Shown: positions 18,489-26,476, counted from the stretch's first letter. The stretch: DNA of 27,356 bases from a virus (IMGVR_UViG_3300002307_001278:1-27356), one strand, 5' to 3'. Numbers and translations are program-made. Notes: generated by a model from the sequence alone, not told the origin.

Positions 18489-19349
18489 TTATTCTTGGTA
18501 GTAGTATTGTAGATTATCAACGCCAATTTGTTTTCTAAATTCGTCAGTGAATTGGCCTTCAACTTTAACAGTTACACTGCTATAAGGATTGGCATCAAAG
18601 CTACCGTGCCAGTTATGATGATTAAAAAATGCGCTGTACCCTTCTACTGGTACTTTCTTTTTGACAATACCTTGTTTTTCATCTAGATCAAACAGATAAA
18701 ATGGGCGTGTTAAATCAAAACGGAACCAAATAAGTTCTTGTCTATGAGGGAATGTTTCTGGCTTGTTGCCACTTTCTCTCGGAAAGTAATTAAAGTCTCT
18801 ATGATGTCCTAGGGGTACATAATGTTCATTATAGAATACAGTAACAATACCAAGCCTACTAAAAGGTAATTCTTCAACAAATTCTTTTATCCTAGGAAAA
18901 CGATCAATATAATCAACCCAATGGTAAGTAGCCCAATCTTCGTCTTTAAAGCTGTAAGAATCTGCGGCATAGAATTGCCCAGTGGTGTAGCGTAGATTTA
19001 GCACGTGATAAGGATCAAATGCCTTATATCGTAACTTTAGTAGTCTTGACAGCCCATGTCGATCACCAGTATCTTCAAAGTGCTTTAACTGTTCGTTGAG
19101 TTTAGGGTCTGTCTTACGATCCTCCTTGGCCTGTTCGTAGACGTAGTACAATAGACCACGTTCACGGAATAGTTCGGGGCTATTGTAAATATCTTCAGGA
19201 GCATGACCACCAGCGTTCCACACACCAGTTCGGATATGTTGCCAGCTCGAGCATAGCGCAAATTCCCAATCAGATCTGAGACTAAGCATCTTGTTAACAT
19301 CTAAATAGTTATCTAAGGTGATAAAGGGTTTACCGTTGAGTGTGAGCAT
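18489..19349 (-). CDS. Fe(II)/2OG-type oxygenase-like protein
   Basis: HRD...FFNHHNWH (HxD...H); clear paralog of 19969..20751. Confidence 0.6.
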   Translation of the reverse strand: MLTLNGKPFITLDNYLDVNKMLSLRSDWEFALCSSWQHIRTGVWNAGGHAPEDIYNSPELFRERGLLYYVYEQAKEDRKTDPKLNEQLKHFEDTGDRHGLSRLLKLRYKAFDPYHVLNLRYTTGQFYAADSYSFKDEDWATYHWVDYIDRFPRIKEFVEELPFSRLGIVTVFYNEHYVPLGHHRDFNYFPRESGNKPETFPHRQELIWFRFDLTRPFYLFDLDEKQGIVKKKVPVEGYSAFFNHHNWHGSFDANPYSSVTVKVEGQFTDEFRKQIGVDNLQYYYQE

Positions 19350-19353
19350 AAAA

Positions 19354-19362
19354 ATATTTATG
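19354..19362 (-). promoter_or_regulatory. T4-late-like promoter box CATAAATAT
   Basis: Minus strand reads CATAAATA TTTTT ATG (ATG at 19349); no SD in between. Confidence 0.6.
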
Positions 19363-19391
19363 TACCCAATCTAGTCTAGGAACAATATCTG

Positions 19392-19991
19392 ATGTCAGAC
19401 CAAGCTGTATACGTAGGTAATTTCAAATTTTTAATAGATTGTGATGCATTAACAGCATCATTATTATCTCAACAAGGTGATCGAAGAACTGCCGACAATC
19501 CGTATGCTAATAGTTTAGAACTAGACCCAGAACTACTAGCTAAAAAACACGAAATGCGTGATAATTGGCAAAATGCTGGTTATATGGACTCTGACAGTGT
19601 TGAATGGATTAACTATTATGCTGGCGCACAGTTTGATTCAGCAATCGTGGATAAATTTGCTGAATTAGTCAATGCTGAACCTCACAATGTATGGATAAGT
19701 TCAATGATGCCAGGAAAATGTGTCCCGTGGCATTGGGATATTATTAAAGATTATCAAACCCACAAAAATAATCCTCAAGTGGTTCGCTACAGTTTCTTCA
19801 TTGACAAACCAGCAGTAGGTAAAATATTCGTATTAAACGATCAACCATTCCATATGGTTCCGCAAGGTGATGTGTACAAGTGGGTCAAATGGGATGAGTG
19901 GCATTTAGGATTTAACTGCGGCTTTACACAAAAATTCTTATTCCACTTTATCGGCTTTGACCGTGGTCTTAGTAAGACTCTAAGTGACTAA
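19392..19991 (+). CDS. Fe(II)/2OG-type oxygenase-like protein
   Basis: MMPGKCVPWHWD ... EWHLGFNCG (HxD...H) in a beta-helix pattern; SD-like AGGA upstream. Confidence 0.7.
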   Translation: MSDQAVYVGNFKFLIDCDALTASLLSQQGDRRTADNPYANSLELDPELLAKKHEMRDNWQNAGYMDSDSVEWINYYAGAQFDSAIVDKFAELVNAEPHNVWISSMMPGKCVPWHWDIIKDYQTHKNNPQVVRYSFFIDKPAVGKIFVLNDQPFHMVPQGDVYKWVKWDEWHLGFNCGFTQKFLFHFIGFDRGLSKTLSD

Positions 19992-20751
19992 TACCTAGCT
20001 GTTTACGGAACTCGTCGGTAAACGGCCCGTCTACTCGGAGACTATAACTTTGTTTGTTAGTACGTCCGCCAGCATGCCAATCTTGATCATTGAACCATAT
20101 AGCACGCTTGTCTGTTAAAATCTTTTCGTCAGTCTCTGAATCCCATATATAAAAGGGTTTATCTAAATTAGTACGTAGATGTATAAACTCATGTCTATGT
20201 GGAAAATAATCTTGTTCGCTGGGCAGGATTAAATCGCGATGCAATGGCATTAGGCAATCATGTTCTGTTTTAAAGAATATAATACGCCCAAGATGTTTGA
20301 ATACTCGTTGCTCTACTAGATTTTCTAACCAAAGTTTAAGCTCCGGGAATAGCTCCGCATCTGGTGTCCATGTCTTTTCGTCAAAACGAGTTTCCCACCC
20401 ACCTGCTTCAGTCTTTAGAAATATAAATTGATAGGGATCGTATGCGCCTAAGGCTAGTTTTAAGAATAGCATAAACTGATCACGGTTCTCGTATTCACCA
20501 ATGGCACGACCTTCTACACGTATATCGTGATCCTCGGGTAAGGCATGGTATTCTTCAAGTGCTTGATATAATGGTTTGAATGTAAGTTCATATGCACCTT
20601 CACACCCACCTGGCTTAACCATGTTACCTTCTTTCTTATACTTGGCCTGTACTAGTCCTCTACATATTTTATAGTGAAGTCTACTAAATCCTTCTATGTC
20701 AATATAAGGTTCAATATCTAGGTAGGGTTGTCCGTTTATGCCTTTAATCAT
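19969..20751 (-). CDS. Fe(II)/2OG-type oxygenase-like protein
   Basis: PLHRD...WFNDQDWH...SYSLRVDG; paralog of 18489..19349. Confidence 0.62.
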   Translation of the reverse strand: MIKGINGQPYLDIEPYIDIEGFSRLHYKICRGLVQAKYKKEGNMVKPGGCEGAYELTFKPLYQALEEYHALPEDHDIRVEGRAIGEYENRDQFMLFLKLALGAYDPYQFIFLKTEAGGWETRFDEKTWTPDAELFPELKLWLENLVEQRVFKHLGRIIFFKTEHDCLMPLHRDLILPSEQDYFPHRHEFIHLRTNLDKPFYIWDSETDEKILTDKRAIWFNDQDWHAGGRTNKQSYSLRVDGPFTDEFRKQLGISHLESY

Positions 20752-21430
20752 GATATATCTTTTTGGCCTTGTCTATAAAATCATCTGGATAGTTACTACG
20801 AAAACTCTCAAATGAAATTTGTTGTAGTGTGCTGTAGGGCAATACGCTATCCCATGTTAGGTTTGCCACTGCAAAGTATTCTTCTAATTTGTGCTGTCTG
20901 TCAATGCTAATGTGACTGCGAAAATGACTTAACGGAACTTCTTCTTCACTATCGCTATGACAGAAGAAATAGTTAATGCTTTTTAACTGTCCGTCTACTA
21001 TAAAATAGCTACTTGGATGTAGACTATATTTGTAAAAGCCTAGATCTTTGTGTGCCTGCAATATAGCTAGCATCTGCTCTTGCCAGTCTGGTAGTATACC
21101 ATCAAAACTACAGCCAGCATCTAAACTCTGTTGCCAAAAATCAACACCATCTATCTTTAGGTAGATCTTTTTATTAACCAGATCAATGCCTTGTATTTCA
21201 GGAACCAATTGGGGGCGATGTGTAGCCATATGAGTTAACCACATCAGCTCTTTAGCCCATTTTTCACTCATCAGACTGGGATCAATGATTTGATTTTGTC
21301 CATGGTGATAGTCAGTATCATTGTAATACCACTGAACAAAGGTCTTTTGATCATCAGACATCAGACTGGTGTAGATGAGGTTATTCCTTGTTTGCCCTAG
21401 TCCAGGTACAGTGTTGTAGTAATATTTCAT
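20744..21430 (-). CDS. Protein-kinase-like fold protein with degenerate catalytic motifs
   Basis: ELMWL (alphaC-like Glu), LVPEI, IYL, ILQAHKDLGFYKYSLHPSSYFI..GQLKSINY follows RIO/Kdo/APH kinase-like topology, but the catalytic Asp/Asn and the DFG Asp are replaced. Confidence 0.5.
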   Translation of the reverse strand: MKYYYNTVPGLGQTRNNLIYTSLMSDDQKTFVQWYYNDTDYHHGQNQIIDPSLMSEKWAKELMWLTHMATHRPQLVPEIQGIDLVNKKIYLKIDGVDFWQQSLDAGCSFDGILPDWQEQMLAILQAHKDLGFYKYSLHPSSYFIVDGQLKSINYFFCHSDSEEEVPLSHFRSHISIDRQHKLEEYFAVANLTWDSVLPYSTLQQISFESFRSNYPDDFIDKAKKIYHD

Positions 21431-22095
21431 ATTAAGGTTAAGATAAATTCTTTAGGTACGATATCTTTTAACAAAGCCAATAGACTAGGTCTGGTAGAAA
21501 AAGTCACAGACGATCTGCTAAATTCAAAGTTTTTGAGACCATGCTGTTTATTTGTGCGATTTAACCAAACACTAATAGAGTTATCAAATATATATCTGGC
21601 GTAGTTGGGATCGAGATCGTCAAAACTAATACGCACTGCGACACCATCGTCAAAGTCTGCATCAATTAATAAATGTCTTACTACTAACTGTACTCTATTG
21701 TATCTACCAAAGTTAGTAGCACTGTGTATACGTTCAGTGTTCATTGTATACCAGATGCCATCTGCTGTCACTGGATATAATATTTTACTATCTATGTCTA
21801 CCAGATAGCAACTCTCTCCAGACAAGTTTAAATGATATCTATCGTCAATATCAGCATGTTGTTGATAACAGGATCCATAGTTTAATACTATAATCCTTGC
21901 TTCACCGACGGGCACGGGCAGTGTTTTTAAAATGGTATCCCATACTGTGCCAGCATATTCTGATTTTATTGTCCAAGGATCGTAGAAAAATCTACCAGTT
22001 GGCGCATTGATAACGGTCTTGCCTAGAGATAAATCATCATGATGTACTTGGTGAATTAGTGCAGTTGGTATTGAATACGGTGTTTGTATTAGCAT
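21427..22095 (-). CDS. AspH-like Fe(II)/2OG oxygenase with C-terminal extension
   Basis: ARII...YQQHADIDDRYHLNL...MNTERIHSATNFG...RVQLVVR (HxD...H...R). Confidence 0.75.
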   Translation of the reverse strand: MLIQTPYSIPTALIHQVHHDDLSLGKTVINAPTGRFFYDPWTIKSEYAGTVWDTILKTLPVPVGEARIIVLNYGSCYQQHADIDDRYHLNLSGESCYLVDIDSKILYPVTADGIWYTMNTERIHSATNFGRYNRVQLVVRHLLIDADFDDGVAVRISFDDLDPNYARYIFDNSISVWLNRTNKQHGLKNFEFSRSSVTFSTRPSLLALLKDIVPKEFILTLI

Positions 22096-22100
22096 GTAAA

Positions 22101-22133
22101 ATATTTATCAGGCATGGTGCTACCTATAAATAT
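22101..22133. promoter_or_regulatory. Back-to-back T4-late-like promoter boxes
   Basis: Minus: GATAAATA (22102-22109) TTTTAC ATG(22095). Plus: exact TATAAATA (22125-22132) TATTC ATG(22138). Confidence 0.7.
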
Positions 22134-22137
22134 ATTC

Positions 22138-22896
22138 ATGACGAGTACAATTCAAGTTAATACTGTTAGCGTTGACAGTATTGAAATTCCAATAGAAGCC
22201 CAATGGACTAATATAGCACTAAGTCTGAGTGGCGGTGCTGATAGTACGCTGTTAGCCTACCTAGTCTGCGATCTACTTGTTAAAAATAATCTGAATGCAA
22301 CTGTGCATGTAATAAATCATGTCAGGATGTGGAAAACACGTCCTTGGCAGTCAGACATTTTTCAAACAGTGTTTGATTGGCTAACACATCATTTCCCAAG
22401 CATTACTTTTAAATTACATACTAATTTTCTAGCACCGGATATAGAGTACGGAAACATTGGACCAACCATCATTGACGAATATGGTAAAAAAGTCAGTGGG
22501 GATAATATTCAAATACGTGCATTTGCAGAATATATCTGTTATAATAATAATGTTGAAGTACATTATAATGGTACTACCAGAAATCCTAAAGATCAAAATT
22601 TTGGCGGGCTGGCTAGTAGAGATATAGATTCTACAGTAGATAATGATTATTTACGCTTAATGATACACATGAATAAACTGGTTAGTCACCCATTTAGATT
22701 TGTAGACAAATCTTGGATTGTTAAACAATATAAAAGATTAGAGCTAATGGAGTTATTTGATCTAACCAGAAGTTGTGAAGGGAATTTTGAAGGGACAGAT
22801 TATCTGACATATAGACCAACACAGGAAGTTCCGACTTGCGGAGAATGTTTTTGGTGCAAAGAACGAGCATGGGCGTTAACACAAAATGGAATCTAA
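22138..22896 (+). CDS. QueC-like PP-loop ATPase (adenine nucleotide alpha-hydrolase superfamily)
   Basis: IALSLSGGADS PP-loop; C-terminal TRSC...CGECFWCKER Zn-binding motif as in QueC. ORF track starts at 22114; 22138 preferred because it follows the TATAAATA box. Confidence 0.8.
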   Translation: MTSTIQVNTVSVDSIEIPIEAQWTNIALSLSGGADSTLLAYLVCDLLVKNNLNATVHVINHVRMWKTRPWQSDIFQTVFDWLTHHFPSITFKLHTNFLAPDIEYGNIGPTIIDEYGKKVSGDNIQIRAFAEYICYNNNVEVHYNGTTRNPKDQNFGGLASRDIDSTVDNDYLRLMIHMNKLVSHPFRFVDKSWIVKQYKRLELMELFDLTRSCEGNFEGTDYLTYRPTQEVPTCGECFWCKERAWALTQNGI

Positions 22897-24151
22897 ATCA
22901 AAAACCTTCTGTCTACATCCTTTTACAGGATTAGCAACCAGAGAAGACGGTGCAATCAAAGCGTGCTGTCGCAGTCATCCTGTTGGCAACATACAATGCC
23001 AGAGTTTAGAGACTATCTGGAACAATGATACTATGAAGCGTATACGCTATCAGGTATTGCATGACGAGCGTCCAAAAGAATGTGCGCCCTGCTTTGATCT
23101 AGAGGATCAAGGAGTTGAATCGCTGCGACAACGTCATATTGAACCTAAGATTCCTGAGAGCCGTGTTACCCTTTACCCTAATGCCTTAGATGCACTAGCA
23201 GATGACTACTCTATGCCGTTTGAATTTCCTACAATGGAAATTAAATTGAATAATTTATGTAATCTCAAATGCCGTATGTGTAACCCAACGGATAGTACTA
23301 GTTGGAATGATTGGGAAGAAGTTGAAGAATTTTACGTTAAAGAAAATAACTTTATAGTTAACACTATTGGTAGTCTAAATCTTATAAACAAACCATATCT
23401 GGATAAGTTTGATGATAGCGAAAATTGGTGGGCTAGCTTTGAAAAACTGTTACCCTACTTTCGTCGTGTGGAATTTGCAGGCGGAGAGCCGTTAATGGAT
23501 CCGCAACACTATCGTATATTAGATATGCTGAAACCATACGGTGATCAAATTGAATTAAAGTACGCTACCAATGGCACTACATTGGGAATTTCAAAAGGAA
23601 GAACTATACATGACTATTGGCCACATTTTAAGTCTATTGCCGTTAATGTCTCTGTTGACGGCATTGGTGATGTTTACGAGTACATTCGTGGTAACAGCGA
23701 TTGGCATCAGGTTGTCAAGAATATCAAAGAAATCCAAAAGATCCCTAACGTAACCAGAGTTGTTGGTTCGGTGGCTGTGCAGGTGAGTAATGTGTTAACA
23801 TTGGATCATATGATTGAATACTTCTTAAATGAGCTAGGCATTGTATTCTATACTAACATGGTACAATATCCTAATGTATTGAGTGCGCAGGTATTACCTA
23901 AGAATCTTAAAGCCCTGGCAGTAAAACGATTGCTTAACGCTAAAAATAATGTAAAGAAATACAAATTAGTGCATGCATATCCAGAACTATTAGACTTTAC
24001 TATAGGTCAAATTGACAGTAATATCAATTTCTTATTATCTAAACACCGAGACATCTTGTGGCCGGATTGTGTTGAATTTAATCGTAGACTCGATCAAACA
24101 CGTAATCAAAGTTTCTTAGATATAACTCCAGAGTTCAAAGATTATGTTTAA
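22886..24151 (+). CDS. Radical SAM enzyme with N-terminal twitch/SPASM-like Cys domain
   Basis: CNLKCRMC, FAGGEP, YATNG, VSVDG; N-terminal FCLHPF...ACC...CAPC. Confidence 0.92.
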   Translation: MESKSKTFCLHPFTGLATREDGAIKACCRSHPVGNIQCQSLETIWNNDTMKRIRYQVLHDERPKECAPCFDLEDQGVESLRQRHIEPKIPESRVTLYPNALDALADDYSMPFEFPTMEIKLNNLCNLKCRMCNPTDSTSWNDWEEVEEFYVKENNFIVNTIGSLNLINKPYLDKFDDSENWWASFEKLLPYFRRVEFAGGEPLMDPQHYRILDMLKPYGDQIELKYATNGTTLGISKGRTIHDYWPHFKSIAVNVSVDGIGDVYEYIRGNSDWHQVVKNIKEIQKIPNVTRVVGSVAVQVSNVLTLDHMIEYFLNELGIVFYTNMVQYPNVLSAQVLPKNLKALAVKRLLNAKNNVKKYKLVHAYPELLDFTIGQIDSNINFLLSKHRDILWPDCVEFNRRLDQTRNQSFLDITPEFKDYV

Positions 24152-25037
24152 GGTAACAAGTAGATGGATGCATCAGCACTCCATCAAAGTAGAATGGAAT
24201 CTTGGTCGACGTTGTAATTACAACTGTAGCTATTGTCCCAGCATCATACACGATAATTTCAGTGGTCATACAGATATAGAGTTACTTAAACACACAGCTG
24301 ATCGCCTTATGCTATTAGGTAAGCCTGTGCGAGTAAGTTTTACCGGTGGAGAACCCTGTGTACACCCTAAGTTTGAAGAACTAGTGCGCTACTGTAAACA
24401 CATTGGCATTAACTGGATTAACGTTACTACCAATGGTACAAGACCTAGTAAATTTTATGCTAAATTGCCCATTGAGCACTTGGTGTTTAGTCTACATTTT
24501 GAACACGATCATCTACGTGTAATGGACACTATTACCACAGTACATGATACTGTGGCATATCCTATTATAGTCAACGTTATGGCGCATCATAAGTACATGC
24601 CTAGCGTTAAACAAGCCGCCGCAGAATTAAGTAGCCATGAGGTTCCTCATGTTATACGTAGAGTACGTTGGACTGAGGATGATCATAATGTATTTGATGA
24701 TATGCGATATAACGGAAATGATCTAGAATGGTTATTGAATTACAATAGCACAGCTGAAGCTAATTGTGTTGTTGACAATGATCGTAATAAAATATATCAC
24801 GCTAACGATATAATCAAACTGCACATGAATAACTTTAAAGGTTGGAGTTGTAATGCAGGCCTAGAAAGTCTTATGATCAATTGGGACGGTGAAGTTCATC
24901 GTGCTACCTGTCGGGTAGGCGGTAGTTTAGGTAATATTTATACGGGTACTTTTGACATACCAACTGAACCAGTTAAGTGTACACGTGATTGGTGTACCTG
25001 CGCAGCTGATATTCCTCTTACTAAAGTTTCTTCTTAG
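24144..25037 (+). CDS. Radical SAM enzyme with C-terminal SPASM/twitch-like domain
   Basis: CNYNCSYC, FTGGEP, TTNG, FSLH; C-terminal WSCNAG...ATC...CTRDWCTC. Confidence 0.92.
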   Translation: MFKVTSRWMHQHSIKVEWNLGRRCNYNCSYCPSIIHDNFSGHTDIELLKHTADRLMLLGKPVRVSFTGGEPCVHPKFEELVRYCKHIGINWINVTTNGTRPSKFYAKLPIEHLVFSLHFEHDHLRVMDTITTVHDTVAYPIIVNVMAHHKYMPSVKQAAAELSSHEVPHVIRRVRWTEDDHNVFDDMRYNGNDLEWLLNYNSTAEANCVVDNDRNKIYHANDIIKLHMNNFKGWSCNAGLESLMINWDGEVHRATCRVGGSLGNIYTGTFDIPTEPVKCTRDWCTCAADIPLTKVSS

Positions 25038-26022
25038 TTATGTGTGTTTCGGGTTGACATACACAACGGCTAACCTGACAGACCACTGGTGTATTTGTTA
25101 CCTTAAAATTCTTTTCAAAATTAGTATCAAATATATTGTAAAGGGCACTGTCAAAAATCCGTTGTCCACAGCTACCTGATATATCCCCAGTGTGTCCTAT
25201 GTATATTGATTCAAGACCAAGATTACATTCCCATCCTTTAAACTGATTTTGTTGCGTAGCAAGATAGTAACCAGGTTGTGCCCTAGCCTTTTTTCTATTA
25301 GAAAACTCTGCTATACTTTCGTATAACTTAATATAACCTTTGCGCAGTAAATTTATATTTTTAATTATCCAAACTAAACTTGGGCGTCGTTTAAATCCTA
25401 ATAGAAACTTTCTTTGACTGGGTGTGTAGACAACGATATTATTAATAGTAGATACTATTTCTTTTGCTTGAATAATCCATGGGTATTTACTGTTCTTTTT
25501 CATATAATTGATGCTATTAACACAGGTATTCCAGCATTTATCGTCCATTAATACATGAACAGTAACATTTTTACCATGTTTGTACATAGTATCTGCAACC
25601 TTGATAGTATGATCTAAATCAGCGAATTCTTGATGAAAACTTAAGATAAGGTTATCTATTAGATGCCCGTTCTCTTCCCACCAACGTAGTGTACGCGAAC
25701 CGTTGCTGGTAACACTCAGATATAAATTATTTTGTTGTTTGACAGCACGAATAAATTCTGCCAGGTTTTTCCATACAGTAGGTTCACCGCCAAGTATCTG
25801 TAAATGAAATGTGTCCTTGCCTAAGACAGTTTTGTATTGATCTAATAGACTATTAAAATTTTTGATTATCAGTGATAGGTCTTCAGGTGAACGAAAAGTT
25901 CCTTCGTTGCTACCCGGAAAGCAGTAACGACATTTAAAATTGCATACGTTGTTCAAATCCCAACGAACTACTAACATATTAGACTTTTGTGTAGATTTAA
26001 TATGTATAATGTTGTTGGTCAT
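25021..26022 (-). CDS. Radical SAM enzyme with C-terminal SPASM/twitch-like domain
   Basis: CNFKCRYC, LGGEP, TSNGSR, LSFH; C-terminal WECNLG...GSC...CQVSRCVC. ORF track starts at 26043; 26022 (MTNNIIH), just after the upstream stop, preferred. Confidence 0.9.
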   Translation of the reverse strand: MTNNIIHIKSTQKSNMLVVRWDLNNVCNFKCRYCFPGSNEGTFRSPEDLSLIIKNFNSLLDQYKTVLGKDTFHLQILGGEPTVWKNLAEFIRAVKQQNNLYLSVTSNGSRTLRWWEENGHLIDNLILSFHQEFADLDHTIKVADTMYKHGKNVTVHVLMDDKCWNTCVNSINYMKKNSKYPWIIQAKEIVSTINNIVVYTPSQRKFLLGFKRRPSLVWIIKNINLLRKGYIKLYESIAEFSNRKKARAQPGYYLATQQNQFKGWECNLGLESIYIGHTGDISGSCGQRIFDSALYNIFDTNFEKNFKVTNTPVVCQVSRCVCQPETHITKKKL

Positions 26023-26026
26023 TGAT

Positions 26027-26476
26027 TTATTCACTACTGTCAATTGATAATATATCTACCAGATCGGCGATAGTCTTGACCCACTCATCGACTTCTTCAA
26101 ACGACTCTAGTCTGAAATCATACTCTTCTGCGGAGGGAACTTCAAACATGTCATTGGTATCTTCATACCTGCTGGTTTTTACAGTATCTAACCAAATGGT
26201 TAGATCAGCATCAAATATCTGTCTAGTTTCTACAGTAGGACAAACAAAGTCACAGACTGCATTCATTTCTAATTCGTTAGCACGTTCAGAGATATCACGC
26301 ATACGGAATGCCTGACGGATCCGTCCAGCAGGACTAAAATCCCAATCATCGTTCTCTTTACGCAGATCGTCAGCATTAATCCATTCAACTGGACCCGTCT
26401 TGCCTAGTTCTTCGACTAATTTTTCTGCCAAGGTAGTCTTACCACTACCTGGTAATCCCATAATTAAAACTCTCAT
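26027..26476 (-). CDS. cysC: Adenylyl-sulfate (APS) kinase-like P-loop kinase
   Basis: GLPGSGKTT P-loop, INADDLRK, DFSPAGRIRQ, DFVCP, FEVP resemble CysC-family motifs; short (149 aa) with a reduced lid region. Confidence 0.75.
   Translation of the reverse strand: MRVLIMGLPGSGKTTLAEKLVEELGKTGPVEWINADDLRKENDDWDFSPAGRIRQAFRMRDISERANELEMNAVCDFVCPTVETRQIFDADLTIWLDTVKTSRYEDTNDMFEVPSAEEYDFRLESFEEVDEWVKTIADLVDILSIDSSE

Noticed and set aside
19371-19379. Short palindrome CTAGTCTAG between divergent genes
   Set aside because: Only 4-bp arms, and CTAG is frequent throughout this sequence; not distinguishable from chance.
22138-26022. Canonical queuosine / 7-deazaguanine DNA-modification pathway (queC + queE)
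   Set aside because: The adjacent rSAMs have auxiliary Cys domains unlike QueE, and no folE, queD or dpdA is visible in this window; cannot be excluded elsewhere in the genome.
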